From NCBI GenBank assembly GCA_052279835.1, contig CP181291.1, positions 5,344,001 to 5,408,000 on the forward strand: a stretch of 64,000 nt of DNA, in the 5' to 3' direction. This document shows, one piece after another, positions 50,697 through 61,368 of this stretch (its first letter is position 1; each line of letters opens with the position of its first letter). The DNA is from Microcoleus sp. (GTDB lineage: Bacteria > Cyanobacteriota > Cyanobacteriia > Cyanobacteriales > Microcoleaceae). A program made the position numbers and the translations under genes. The notes below the pieces were generated by a model. It saw nothing but the letters and a program-made list of their open reading frames with translations. It was not told the DNA's origin and ran no database searches.

Positions 50697-51062
50697 ATGG
50701 AGGTTGGCTCGCCCATGATTGAGTTGCAATCAGATTTAGAGTATGTGATGACCGATCGCTTAAAAGTCTCTCTAGATGCGATCGCCCAATTTTGCCAGCG
50801 CTGGAACATTGTCGAATTTGCCTTGTTTGGCTCAGTGCTCCGGGATGATTTTCGTTCTGATAGTGATGTGGATGTACTGGTGACATATGAGCCATCACAT
50901 CGCCTCACGTTTTCTCATTTATTGAGTATGGAGGAGGAGATCGAGGATTTATTTCACCGTTCTGTGGATTTGGTAGAAAAAAAATTGTTAAAAAATCCCT
51001 ATCTACGATCGAACATTTTGAAAACCTATCGAGTGATTTATGCAAACGGGCGATCGAGATAG
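50697..51062 (+). CDS. MNT minimal nucleotidyltransferase antitoxin (MntA-like)
   Basis: LFGSVLRDDFRSDSDVDVLV (GSx10DxD) and VDLV motifs. Confidence 0.92.
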   Translation: MEVGSPMIELQSDLEYVMTDRLKVSLDAIAQFCQRWNIVEFALFGSVLRDDFRSDSDVDVLVTYEPSHRLTFSHLLSMEEEIEDLFHRSVDLVEKKLLKNPYLRSNILKTYRVIYANGRSR

Positions 51063-51396
51063 TGCTTCACTTTGGGATATGGCGCAAGCAATCCGTCGGA
51101 TTCAAGAGTTTACGGCGGATGCTTCATGCGACACTTATCTTGAAAATGTTTTTATGCAAAGTGCCGTAGAGCGACAGTTGGGGATTTTGGGGGAGGCCGC
51201 TCGGAGAGTTTCTATGGAGTTTCAGCAGTTCCATCCCGAAATTGATTGGCGAAATGCGATTAACTTACGAAATATTTTGGTTCATCGTTATGACCAAGTA
51301 AGCTCGGAAGTTATTTGGAATATTGTTACGAGTGTTTTGCCTAGTTTACTGGTACAAGTAGAGGCATTATTGCCACCGTTACCTGATGATAGTTGA
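51040..51396 (+). CDS. HEPN/DUF86 RNase toxin (HepT-like)
   Basis: AVERQLGILGEAA and RNILVHRY (Rx4HxY); overlaps the MNT gene. Confidence 0.92.
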   Translation: MQTGDRDSASLWDMAQAIRRIQEFTADASCDTYLENVFMQSAVERQLGILGEAARRVSMEFQQFHPEIDWRNAINLRNILVHRYDQVSSEVIWNIVTSVLPSLLVQVEALLPPLPDDS

Positions 51397-51669
51397 TCGA
51401 TCGCACAAACACAGAATGCGCGATCGTCTTCTACAGTTGACCATTTAAATCGTTCGCTTCGATTTAAAGCGAACGGCTACGCTCAGGGCACCGCAGTTGA
51501 CAGAGGTCGTGCGAGGTTTTACCCGGTTTCTGGCCACGGACTTCGACTCAAGAAACCGGGTTTTTCGCAGTTTTTGGGTGGGGTATCGATATTCTCGGAA
51601 AAAACCCGGTTTCTGGCCACACCCAAAATCGCTAAAATAGAACAAAGACCAACCACAAAGGCGATTATT

Positions 51670-52974
51670 GTGAGCGATTCCACCATAGAACAGATATTGA
51701 AATTGGCATCTGGGCGCGCCGATAGCGCTGAAGTATACTACCTATCCAGCCAAGACACCCCGATCGAATTTGAGAACAATCGCCTCAAATCCCTGCAAAC
51801 CAAAGCCCTCCAAGGCGTAGCACTCCGACTGATTTACAAGGGCAAAATCGGCTTTGCTAGTTCCACCGATTTAACGCGGGTAGAGGATTTAGTCGATGCA
51901 GCTATTCAAACTGCCGAAATCGGCGATGCAGCGGAATTTGAACTAGCCTCCAACTTCCACCTAACCACGCCGGAAACTACCTACATTCCGCCCACAACCG
52001 CCGAATTAGTCGAAAATGGCAAAAACCTCATCGAGGAAGTTCACGCCTACAATCCCGATATCATCGTCGATGTCGGCTTCCACGTCCGCAGCGGCCGCGT
52101 CAAAATTGCCACCACCCAAGATGTCTATGCCGAAAGAAGCAGCCAAATAGTCAGCGGTACTATTTCTGGCAACTTGGTGCAGGGAGAAGATTTTATGCAA
52201 GCATACAGTTACGATGTAGCGTGCGATCGCCCCCTAAACACCGACAGCATCCTGCAAACACTCCTGGAAAAATACCGCCTCGCCGAAAATGCAGCCAGCA
52301 TCAGCAGCGGTTCCTACCCCGTATTATTCACCCCCAACGCCGCCGCTAGCACCCTCGGTGGCCTATTTGACACCATCCTGTCGGGCCAAGCGGTGGTTCA
52401 AAAAGCCTCTCCCCTAGCCGACAAAATCGGCGAAACCTTATTTGACGAACGCTTTACCTTTTTAGAAGACCCCACTTTAGGGCCCTATGCTCGTCCCTTC
52501 GACGACGAAGGCACTCCCACCACTCGCAAAGTCTTAATTGACAAAGGTACCGTCACGGGATTTTATTGGGATCGTAGATGGGCCGCTCGTGGAGGTGTAG
52601 AATCTACAGGCAACGGTTTTCGTGGGGGACTGTCTCGCCCCGGCCCAGATTTGAGTAACTTTTGCATTCTCCCCGGAAATACTCCAACTCAAGAATTGAT
52701 TGCTAGCATGGACGAAGGCTTGATAGTAGAGCAGGTTCTAGGTGCCGGTCAGTCCAATCAATTAGCCGGCGAATTTTCAGTCAATTTGGCTTTAGGCTAT
52801 AAAGTAGAAAAAGGCAAAATAGTAGGCCGCGTCAAGAATACAATGGTAGCGGGCAGCATTTTTGAAGCCTTTAAAAATTTGGTAGATTTGAGTAGCGAAT
52901 CCGAATGGGTAGGCGGCGGGGCTTATTTACCCAGTATGCTGTTTCGACAGTTGGGCGTTGCCTCTAGACAATAA
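51670..52974 (+). CDS. TldD/PmbA family protein (PmbA/TldE-like)
   Basis: PFDDEGTP, STGNGFR, GEFSVN, VKNTMVAG; no HExxxH motif. GTG at 51670 preferred because the track start lies in a repeat. Confidence 0.9.
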   Translation: MSDSTIEQILKLASGRADSAEVYYLSSQDTPIEFENNRLKSLQTKALQGVALRLIYKGKIGFASSTDLTRVEDLVDAAIQTAEIGDAAEFELASNFHLTTPETTYIPPTTAELVENGKNLIEEVHAYNPDIIVDVGFHVRSGRVKIATTQDVYAERSSQIVSGTISGNLVQGEDFMQAYSYDVACDRPLNTDSILQTLLEKYRLAENAASISSGSYPVLFTPNAAASTLGGLFDTILSGQAVVQKASPLADKIGETLFDERFTFLEDPTLGPYARPFDDEGTPTTRKVLIDKGTVTGFYWDRRWAARGGVESTGNGFRGGLSRPGPDLSNFCILPGNTPTQELIASMDEGLIVEQVLGAGQSNQLAGEFSVNLALGYKVEKGKIVGRVKNTMVAGSIFEAFKNLVDLSSESEWVGGGAYLPSMLFRQLGVASRQ

Positions 52975-52996
52975 ACAGTTAACAGTTGAAAGTTAC

Positions 52997-53130
52997 TCGT
53001 TACCAGGCTCTTTTTACTCGTTACCAGGCTCTGCCTGGTAATGAAGATCCAGAGGCTCTGCCTCGAATTTGCATCAAAGCTTACGAGGCAGAGCCTCTGG
53101 ACATGGGTTCCCAGGCAGAGCCGGGGAACC
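52997..53130. repeat. Composite palindromic repeat (CCAGGCTCTGCCTGG / GAGGCTCTGCCTC / GAGGCAGAGCCTC / CCAGGCAGAGCC)
   Basis: Mirror-ordered hairpins; partial copy at 8423..8469. Confidence 0.8.
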
Positions 53131-53172
53131 AGTTAAACCAGTTAAACAGGGAAAAAAAGGAATAAAGGTAAA

Positions 53173-53994
53173 ATGAAGCAGGAAATTGTCAAGGATGAAA
53201 CTGGGAAAAGGAAAAAGCACTTCTTGTTTCTTTTACCTTTTGTATTGTGCCTTTTAACTTTGGTAACAGGCTGCGTTCAGTACGATGTCGGAGTCAACTT
53301 TGAAAGCCAAACTCGCGGCGAAATTGTGCAGCACATTAAGCTGGGGGAACGGCTGACGAGCTTCAGCAGCGAGATTGTTGGAGATTGGTTGAATAGTGTA
53401 GAACGTAGAGTACGCTCTTTGGATGGGAAAACTAAACGGCTTTCAGAGCGAGAGGTTTTAGTTAGGATTCCTTTTAATAATGGTGCAGAGTTAGAGGAAA
53501 AGTTTAACCAATTTTACAATCCCGTACCTACCAAAAAAACTAGGGTTGCTACTCCCTTAGAAACCGATTTGCCGAAGTTTGAATCTCACCTCAAGGTCAA
53601 GCAAAATAATTTGTTGCTGGTGCTGCGAAATCGGTTAAGTTTGGAGTTGGATTTGCGGTCGATTTCTTTGCTGTCGGCTAACGGTAATCTGATCGTCAGT
53701 CCTGGGGGAATTTTAGAGCTAGACTTTAGCTTGAACACGCCTTGGGGAGCCGAAAGTATTCAAACTAGGCCCGGTGCGATCGTACCGGAAAGCTATGACA
53801 TGGGAAAACAGTTAGTCTGGAAGCTCAAACCGGGGGAAATTAATTATTTAGAGGCAGTATTTTGGGTTCCCAGTCCGGTAGGAATTGGTGCAGTGATTAT
53901 TGCTTTATTTGTTGTTGCTGGTATTGGTTTGAAATATAAACTGTTGCCAGCCATGGGCATCGGCAACAAAACTCAGAAAATCCCGCAAACCTAA
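53173..53994 (+). CDS. DUF3153-like lipoprotein
   Basis: Lipobox LVTGC; LVWKLKPGEINYLEAVFWVPSPVGIG followed by a C-terminal TM. Confidence 0.75.
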   Translation: MKQEIVKDETGKRKKHFLFLLPFVLCLLTLVTGCVQYDVGVNFESQTRGEIVQHIKLGERLTSFSSEIVGDWLNSVERRVRSLDGKTKRLSEREVLVRIPFNNGAELEEKFNQFYNPVPTKKTRVATPLETDLPKFESHLKVKQNNLLLVLRNRLSLELDLRSISLLSANGNLIVSPGGILELDFSLNTPWGAESIQTRPGAIVPESYDMGKQLVWKLKPGEINYLEAVFWVPSPVGIGAVIIALFVVAGIGLKYKLLPAMGIGNKTQKIPQT

Positions 53995-54119
53995 AGCAGT
54001 TGCTCAGTCACAGCTAAAAAAATGAAGAACCAGTACCAGTAATGCTGGAAAAAGTCGGGAATCTAATAGTTTACCAAGACACAAAAATTTGTACAGTTTG
54101 AGAATTAGGAACAGAGAAA

Positions 54120-54464
54120 ATGCGGGTACTCAACTTCTTCTTCATCTTTCTGATTTGTTTGGCTTTAGTCTTGTTCAGTATTGAGAATACAGAGCCGACA
54201 ACTATTCAAATTATCAAAGGGTTCCAAGTTAAAGCTCCTTTGTCAGTAGAATTAATTATGGCAACTGGATTGGGGGCAATTTTAGCGTGGCTTTTCAGTT
54301 TGTGGTCTAGAATGCAGCGAATGCTCGCCTCTCGTGCCGAGACTCGTCAAGTTCGCGAAAAGGAGCAACAAATTCAAGTTTTGGAACAGGACATCGAACG
54401 GTATAAAGCAGAAGTAGAAGCGAAACAACTTTTGTTAGAAAGTGGAGAACCGTCCACCGTGTAA
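54120..54464 (+). CDS. LapA (DUF1049) family membrane protein
   Basis: TM-FSIEN-loop-PLSVELI-TM-coiled coil pattern. Confidence 0.8.
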   Translation: MRVLNFFFIFLICLALVLFSIENTEPTTIQIIKGFQVKAPLSVELIMATGLGAILAWLFSLWSRMQRMLASRAETRQVREKEQQIQVLEQDIERYKAEVEAKQLLLESGEPSTV

Positions 54465-54535
54465 GATATCAAGAATGCGGTGGCGATCGCTAATTAAATC
54501 AAATATAGGCTCGATCATCTAAAATCTAAAATCGA

Positions 54536-55357
54536 ATGACCATTGCCAAGGCCCAAGATGGTTTACAGACGATTTCCGAGGGGATCGCAATTTTAATTGA
54601 CTTAGCAGAACGGGGAGAAATCAATCCTTGGGACGTTAAAGTGATTGAAGTGTTCGATCGCTGTTTGAACAAGCTAAACGAGGCGCGTGACGCAGATCAG
54701 AGTGGGGATTTCTCCGATTTGTCCCACTCCGGTCAGGCATTTTTGTATGCTTCCATGCTGGTTTTGCTCAAAGCAGAAAGTATTGTTCTCTCAGAACCCC
54801 CCGTGAATGACTCCGCCGATGAGGTGCCGCTCGAAGAGCCAGAAAACTCAGGAGGGCGACATTTGCCCCAGCATTTGGAGCGACAACTGCGCCGCCGTGG
54901 TGTAGCTCAACTACCCCAAAAACGCCCGGTGACGCTTCCAGAACTGATTGAGCAGTTGCAGCTTATGAAAGCGGCAATGGAGGAGACAGTTGCTCCCAGG
55001 CGACGTACTAGCTCAAAAACGCGGTCTCAAGCGGCACGGGCTATATTTGAACTAGCTCACCAAGAAAATCTGGTGGAAACTGCTAGTGAACTGGAGCGGT
55101 TTTTGGGAGAACGCAATTCTGAAATTGATGAGGGTTGGCTGGACTTGGAACAACTGCTGGAACTCTGGCCTCATCACGATTTGCACTCTCCTGCTGAGTC
55201 GCAAATTACGGTCTCTATGGAGGAAAGGGAGGAAACAAATTCGCCCAATCATGACCGCGTTGGTATTTTTTGGGCGCTGTTGCTACTGTCGGCTCAGTCT
55301 AAAGTAGAGTTGGTTCAAGAAGAGTTTTATCGAGACCTCAAAATCCGAGTTCTCTAA
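54536..55357 (+). CDS. scpA: Segregation and condensation protein A
   Basis: GEINPWDVKVI, AFLYASMLVLLKA, FWALLLL...VELVQEEFY. Confidence 0.9.
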   Translation: MTIAKAQDGLQTISEGIAILIDLAERGEINPWDVKVIEVFDRCLNKLNEARDADQSGDFSDLSHSGQAFLYASMLVLLKAESIVLSEPPVNDSADEVPLEEPENSGGRHLPQHLERQLRRRGVAQLPQKRPVTLPELIEQLQLMKAAMEETVAPRRRTSSKTRSQAARAIFELAHQENLVETASELERFLGERNSEIDEGWLDLEQLLELWPHHDLHSPAESQITVSMEEREETNSPNHDRVGIFWALLLLSAQSKVELVQEEFYRDLKIRVL

Positions 55358-55671
55358 ACTTAAACGGAAATGAGACTGACTGCTCCGAAACTAATAACTA
55401 TGTTACTCCGTCGGTTAATATTCCAGGCAGAAGCTCCCTAGCCGGAATTTTCTGGCTCAATTTGGGAGCAATACACTCACTCCAGTGCTAACTGAGTCGT
55501 GATTCCTGAGTGCTGAAATTCAGGGAAATCCCGAATCAGTGATTGATAGCCTGGTACTGTGTGGAAAATAAACAGGTCAGGATTTTAGTGCGATCGACAA
55601 TTATAGATCGTAACCGCTAGCATCTAAGTGTTGAGTTGATATCAATTAACAAAGGGTTGAGGAAGTTAAGA

Positions 55672-56835
55672 ATGAAAGCGATGATTCTGGCGGCCGGTAA
55701 AGGTACTCGTGTCCGTCCCATTACTCAGACAATACCGAAACCAATGATTCCCATCCTACAAAAGCCTGTGATGGAATTTTTGGTTGAATTGCTCCGTCAG
55801 CATGGATTTGACGAGATTATGGTCAATGTTTCCCACCTAGCGGACGTGATTGAAAATTACTTCCGCGATGGTCAAAAATTTGGGGTGCAAATTGGCTATT
55901 CTTTTGAGGGACGGATTGAAGAGGGACAAATGATCGGAGAAGCCGTCGGCTCGGCTGGCGGTATGAAGCGGATTCAGGACTTCTCACCATTTTTTGATGA
56001 TACTTTTGTGGTGCTGTGCGGAGACGCTTTGATTGACCTGGATTTGACGGCTGCTGTCAAGTGGCACCGGGAAAAAGGAGCGATCGCTACTATTGTGATG
56101 AAATCTGTTCCCCGCGAAGAAGTTTCGAGTTACGGAGTTGTGGTAACAGACGATTCTGGTAAAGTTAAAGCATTCCAAGAAAAACCCTCTGTCGAAGAAG
56201 CTCTGAGTACCGATATCAACACTGGTATTTACATTTTTGAACCGGAAATATTCAATTACATTCCTTCTGATACAGAGTACGATATCGGTTCGGAATTATT
56301 CCCCAAGCTAGTAGCAGCAGGCGCGCCTTTTTACGGGATTAGCATGGACTTTGAGTGGGTGGATATCGGCAAAGTTCCTGACTATTGGCGGGCGATTCAA
56401 AGTGTACTATTGGGAGAAGTTAAAAATGTTTCGATTCCGGGAATAGAAGTTCGTCCCGGCGTTTATGCTGGTTTAAATGTAGCTGTGAATTGGGACAAGG
56501 TTGACATTACCGGACCTGTTTATATTGGCGGGATGACGATTATTGAAGATGGAGCCAAAATTGTTGGCCCGACGATGATCGGCCCCAATTGTTGGCTTTG
56601 CAGTGGGGCGACAGTGGAAAATAGCGTGATTTTTGAGTATTCCCGTTTGGGGCCAGAAGTGCGCTTAGTTGACAAACTGGTGTTCGGGCGCTACTGCGTT
56701 GATAAAACGGGGGCTGCGATCGATTTGCAAGCGGCGGCTCTGGATTGGCTGATTACTGATGCTCGTCAAGTTTTGCCAACTCAACAACAAGAAGAACGGC
56801 GGGCGATCGCAGACATTCTCAGCAACACTAACTAA
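55672..56835 (+). CDS. cugP: Sugar-phosphate nucleotidyltransferase (CugP-type UDP-glucose pyrophosphorylase / Man-1-P guanylyltransferase family)
   Basis: MKAMILAAGKGTRVRPIT...PKPMIP, FQEKP, C-terminal hexapeptide repeats; the N-terminus matches the recalled cyanobacterial CugP. Confidence 0.8.
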   Translation: MKAMILAAGKGTRVRPITQTIPKPMIPILQKPVMEFLVELLRQHGFDEIMVNVSHLADVIENYFRDGQKFGVQIGYSFEGRIEEGQMIGEAVGSAGGMKRIQDFSPFFDDTFVVLCGDALIDLDLTAAVKWHREKGAIATIVMKSVPREEVSSYGVVVTDDSGKVKAFQEKPSVEEALSTDINTGIYIFEPEIFNYIPSDTEYDIGSELFPKLVAAGAPFYGISMDFEWVDIGKVPDYWRAIQSVLLGEVKNVSIPGIEVRPGVYAGLNVAVNWDKVDITGPVYIGGMTIIEDGAKIVGPTMIGPNCWLCSGATVENSVIFEYSRLGPEVRLVDKLVFGRYCVDKTGAAIDLQAAALDWLITDARQVLPTQQQEERRAIADILSNTN

Positions 56836-57058
56836 TTGGTTATTAGTTATTGGTTATTGGTTGTTATTGGTTGTTATTGGTTAGTTGTTATTGGTTCTTG
56901 GTTATTAGTTGTTGGTTGTGTGTTATTAGTTGTGACAAATAAAAACCAAAAACTAACAGATAACAACTAACAACTAACAACTAACAACTAACAACTAACA
57001 ACTAACAACTAACAACTAACAACTAACAACTAACCAATAACAACTAACCAATAACTAA
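56836..57058. repeat. Opposed heptamer STRR tracts (TTATTGG/TTAGTTG versus CTAACAA repeats)
   Basis: Fills the whole gap between the convergent cugP and speA genes. Confidence 0.9.
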
Positions 57059-59068
57059 CTAAGATTGAAGATAAGTATACTGGCTAAGACTCCTTTCATA
57101 ATTTTGCAGCAAAAGTTGTGACTCCGAAAGAGTAATTTTATTTTGCTGCAACGCTTCCTCTGTCTGACGGCGGATGCTTTCAACCAAACTTTCTGCATCG
57201 TACTGTACATAGCTGAGAACTTCCTTCATCGTGTCCCCTTTCACAACGTGTTCGATATGATAGCCAGAAGGCGTTAGCTGAATGTGTACTGCATTTGCAT
57301 CGCCGAATAAGTTGTGAAGGTTCCCCATGATTTCTTGATAGGCACCTCCCAAAAATAGGGCTAAATAGTAAGGTTGTCCGGGCTTCATGGGATGCAGTTC
57401 CAGCACTGACTTGACATCTCGCAAATCGATAAATTGGTCGATTTTACCATCACTATCGCAGGTGAGATCTGCCAAAGTTCCTCGCTGAGTTGGTTCTTCA
57501 TCAAGTCGGTGGATTGGCATAATAGGGAACAATTGGTTAATTGCCCAACTATCTGGCACTGACTGAAAAACAGATAAGTTGATGTAATAAATTGAGGCCA
57601 TCACCTTTTCTAAGTCTTCCAAATCGTCGGATACATATTCTTTTTCCCGCGCGATCGCCTGGATTTTTTCGCAGCAAGCCCAATACAATTGCTCAGTTTT
57701 AGCCCGTTCGGCAATTCCCAAATAGCCTAAGTTAAATAAACTGATTGCTTCTTGCTTAAATTGGATAGCATCGTGATAGACTTCTTGGTAATTTTCTGGA
57801 CTAATAGATTGGTAGATTTCGTAGAGATTACGCGGAATTTGGTGGGCGTTTTGGTCTACTGGTTCTGGTACTTCCCTCAGAACTTCGCTGGTACCAAGTA
57901 CATCAAAAATTAACACTGATTGGTGAGAAGCGATCGCCCGTCCGCTTTCACTAATGATAATTGGCACTGGTACTTTTCGCTCGTCACAGGCATCCTTTAC
58001 TCCGGCTACTACGTCGTTGGCGTAGTTTTGCATATTGTAATTTTTAGAGGCATGAAAATTAGTTTTAGAACCATCATAGTCAACGCCCAGTCCACCACCT
58101 ACGTCCAAGTAGTTCATATTAGCTCCCAACTTAGCTAATTCTACATAAATGTGGCTGGCTTCTCGGATGGCATCTTTGATGACGCTAATCGATGAAATTT
58201 GAGAGCCGATATGGAAGTGCAACAGTTGCAAACAGTCTAGCATTCCTGCTTTTTTCAGCTCCTCGACAGCGCGGACAATTTCAGGAATAGTCAAGCCAAA
58301 TTTTGCTCGATCGCCTGTGGAACCTCCCCAGCGGCCAACACCGGTGGTACTGAGTTTGGCTCGCACTCCCAAAACCGGTTTAATTCCTAATGCTTTGCCC
58401 GCGGCGATCGCCAGTTGCACTTCCTCTATTTGCTCAAGCACAACTACTGAAGTTTGCCCTAGCCGCTGGGCTAAAATTGCCGTTTCTATATATTCGCGGT
58501 CTTTGTAACCATTGCAAATTAATAAAGCGCCTGGGTTTTTTAAAGTGGCTAAAGCTATCATTAATTCTGGTTTAGATCCAGCTTCCAAGCCGAAGTGGTG
58601 CGGTTGACCGAAACGCACCAAATCTTCAACTAATTGGCGGTGCTGGTTGCATTTCACCGGAAAGACACCGCGATAGACATTTTTGTAATTGTAGCGGGCG
58701 ATCGCTCTGGCAAAACAAGAATTTAACCGCTCAATCCGGTCTTCCAAAATATCAGAAAATCGAATCAGTAGTGGCAGTGCCAAGTTTCGCTGTTTGAGAG
58801 ATTCTACCAGTTCGCACAAGTCCAGGGAGCCGCCACGATCGCCCTTGGGAGATACTGTAACGTGACCGGCTGCATTGATCGAGAAATAGGGTTCCCCCCA
58901 ACCTTGAATTCGGTATAGTTTTTCGCTATCTTCGATTGTCCAAGATTTCTGTGGAATTGGAGCAGTCGTTGACAAAGTAGTGTCTGGTGTCACCAAATTT
59001 GGGATACTTGGTGGCTGAGTCGATAGTGGCTCGATCGGGGAGGAAGCAGCAGTGGCAGGGGAACTCAT
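57059..59068 (-). CDS. speA: Biosynthetic arginine decarboxylase
   Basis: VFPVKCNQ, GLEAGSKPEL, HFHIGSQI, DVGGGLGVDYDG, TCDSDG. Confidence 0.97.
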   Translation of the reverse strand: MSSPATAASSPIEPLSTQPPSIPNLVTPDTTLSTTAPIPQKSWTIEDSEKLYRIQGWGEPYFSINAAGHVTVSPKGDRGGSLDLCELVESLKQRNLALPLLIRFSDILEDRIERLNSCFARAIARYNYKNVYRGVFPVKCNQHRQLVEDLVRFGQPHHFGLEAGSKPELMIALATLKNPGALLICNGYKDREYIETAILAQRLGQTSVVVLEQIEEVQLAIAAGKALGIKPVLGVRAKLSTTGVGRWGGSTGDRAKFGLTIPEIVRAVEELKKAGMLDCLQLLHFHIGSQISSISVIKDAIREASHIYVELAKLGANMNYLDVGGGLGVDYDGSKTNFHASKNYNMQNYANDVVAGVKDACDERKVPVPIIISESGRAIASHQSVLIFDVLGTSEVLREVPEPVDQNAHQIPRNLYEIYQSISPENYQEVYHDAIQFKQEAISLFNLGYLGIAERAKTEQLYWACCEKIQAIAREKEYVSDDLEDLEKVMASIYYINLSVFQSVPDSWAINQLFPIMPIHRLDEEPTQRGTLADLTCDSDGKIDQFIDLRDVKSVLELHPMKPGQPYYLALFLGGAYQEIMGNLHNLFGDANAVHIQLTPSGYHIEHVVKGDTMKEVLSYVQYDAESLVESIRRQTEEALQQNKITLSESQLLLQNYERSLSQYTYLQS

Positions 59069-59223
59069 CTTCTCGGAAACCTTAAAATGACTGGTCGAGT
59101 AGTTAGTTTATCGCAGATATCGGGTTTCCTGATGTACTGGAAAATTCACTTTGTGACTGTAGGGCGATCGACCTCAAGGTTAGATCGATGAAAATGGCGA
59201 TCGGTATTTTCCACTAACAGATT

Positions 59224-60420
59224 TTAGGCCCAAATCATTTCAGGTGGTGCCATATCAGCCCCCATAATCATGCCCCCATGAGTGGTAGACTTTTTCACAC
59301 CAGGTTTAGGTGCGGGGGTGTCGCGGGCCGCCGCTGGCGCAACGGACGCAGGTGGTGTCACCAAATTTGCCGGTACTGGCTGCCCCCCTGGCACAACGGG
59401 TTGTTGCGATAGCCAAGCCACACCCCCCACAGCCCCAGCCATTAAAGCTGTATACCCGATGTACAAATGGGCTGAATTCATTTGAAAGCCATCGTCTGAT
59501 TCCGATTCGGAAACCGACAAATAGGAGTTGAGATTGCCACTGGCATCTAGTTGGGGCAAAGCATCTGCCATTGCACTACCGTTGAGTCCCACGGCATCGC
59601 CTATCCGACGGATGAAACCTCTAACGTAGATGTCTTGGGGGAGTTTCTCAATTTCCCCATTTTCGATCGCTTCGATGTGGTGCATGGGCACCAGGGTTTG
59701 ACTGTGGATGTGTTGAATAGATAAGGCTCTAAGTTCCCTTCCCAGGCGCAATTCTCTCCCCAACTCGCACAAACAATCTTTCCGTTGTTGAATAGCCAAA
59801 GCTACTGCTTCTTCCTTAGTAAGTTTCTTGTGTTTCTGAAGAAAAGAAAATCCTGGGAAGGAGTTTCCTTTAACTACCACAGCACCGGGTGTAGCTGACT
59901 CAACTTGACCTTCGTCTTGGGGAAATTGTTGCTGTGCTTCGTGAGTTTCAGTATCTAGACGATCGTCATTTTCATTGTCAGAATCTGTTGTGGGTGGCAA
60001 TTCCACAGTAGTGCTACGACGATAAAAGATGGGAACAGATACTTGTGATGGCTCTAATTCTCTGACTGCCGTAAATTCTGTAGCCTTGCTCAGCAGCGGA
60101 CTTGTCAGGGCAGAACTTCCCATAGTAGAACTTGCCATGACGAGACTCTCCGGGGCTAGTTGTAGTTCCGTTTTTTGTGATTTGGGGAACCGCTGAAATG
60201 CTAGTTTGACCGCTTCTCGGCTAACGGCTCTAATTAAAATTTCCGCTGCCGATGCCGCTTCGCCCAACATAGTTTGCAAGCTAGCTAGAGCGTGGCTGTA
60301 GGTGTCGCTACAAAGTAGTTCACCTTCTATTTGACCAAGGACAGAGCGAAAACTTTCTTGAGAAACTTCAATAGTTGTGTGATCTGTTACCCCAAAATAA
60401 GCATCGGGTTTCAGTGCCAT
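59224..60420 (-). CDS. RodZ-like HTH membrane protein with a long N-terminal extension
   Basis: IEAIENGEIEKLPQDIYVRGFIRR (HTH_25 pattern) followed by one TM. Confidence 0.75.
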   Translation of the reverse strand: MALKPDAYFGVTDHTTIEVSQESFRSVLGQIEGELLCSDTYSHALASLQTMLGEAASAAEILIRAVSREAVKLAFQRFPKSQKTELQLAPESLVMASSTMGSSALTSPLLSKATEFTAVRELEPSQVSVPIFYRRSTTVELPPTTDSDNENDDRLDTETHEAQQQFPQDEGQVESATPGAVVVKGNSFPGFSFLQKHKKLTKEEAVALAIQQRKDCLCELGRELRLGRELRALSIQHIHSQTLVPMHHIEAIENGEIEKLPQDIYVRGFIRRIGDAVGLNGSAMADALPQLDASGNLNSYLSVSESESDDGFQMNSAHLYIGYTALMAGAVGGVAWLSQQPVVPGGQPVPANLVTPPASVAPAAARDTPAPKPGVKKSTTHGGMIMGADMAPPEMIWA

Positions 60421-60777
60421 GATATTTATGTTGTTTTACTACAAGGTATCTGAGTAACTTATTCGACAAGTTGGTACTGATTCCGGATGCCATTAGGGGG
60501 AGAGTCAAGTAGGGCTAAGCTCCCTTGATTTGCTATTGATGCAGTGGTCGCTGGGGATTGGTAACTGGTGATTCATGCTTGGGATCTTGCCTCACCAATC
60601 ACTAATAACCAATCACTAATAACCCATAACTAATAACTAATAAGTAAGTCCACCTAATTAAATGCAAGATCCAAATCGCTCAAAAGCTTACTGGCTTGCT
60701 ATTCTTCACATCGATCTTCTTCCTGAATTTCCCCCCTTGGGGGGGGTAGGGGGGGGTGACTTCTTCCTTCTACTTAA

Positions 60778-61368
60778 CTACTGCTTGTTGATGCGATCGA
60801 GCAACCACAGAGCTCCGACAATCCCGACAAAGTGAGCTAAAGTAGCGTGAATGTTTGCCAGCACTACAAATATATCGAGGGGCTGAATGAACCGACTGAA
60901 ATCGACGGCTGCACCGAATAAAACTTGGGGCTGAGATATAGATTTGACGAACAATGTACCACCGATTGCTTCTGCTCCCAGCAGCGTCAGCAGCATTCCC
61001 GACAAATTACTCATCAATGTCAATCGTACTTCTTGAATCGTCTGTGCCCTTTTGGGGCGGACACCCGTGGCGGGTGATCGCAGTTCTTTAGACAAGCGAG
61101 TAAACCGAAAAGCCCGATAGGCGCTGTAGCCGAGGGCTAACAGCCCGCACACAGCCAACAATACACCTCCGCCGGTTCCAGCACTGGTTTGGCTCGTAGC
61201 GGAGGCACTACTCGACAGGGCAGACGGGACTGCCAACAGCAAAATTAGCCCCGCCACCACGCCCAGCACTGCTTGGACCCAGAAACAAGTCCAGCCCGCA
61301 GTCCGCAGGGCAAAAGCAACTCGCTGTGCCGCTAGGGGAAGATTATCTGTATCTAACTGATTTGTCAT
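60778..61368 (-). CDS. DUF3611 (Tic21/PIC1-like) membrane protein
   Basis: GWTCFWVQAVLGVV and IQPLDIFVVLANIHATLAHFVGI motifs; four TMs. Confidence 0.8.
   Translation of the reverse strand: MTNQLDTDNLPLAAQRVAFALRTAGWTCFWVQAVLGVVAGLILLLAVPSALSSSASATSQTSAGTGGGVLLAVCGLLALGYSAYRAFRFTRLSKELRSPATGVRPKRAQTIQEVRLTLMSNLSGMLLTLLGAEAIGGTLFVKSISQPQVLFGAAVDFSRFIQPLDIFVVLANIHATLAHFVGIVGALWLLDRINKQ

Noticed and set aside
3149..59068. speE, argB and speA as a polyamine gene cluster
   Set aside because: They are tens of kb apart with unrelated genes between; co-occurrence in the window is likely chance.
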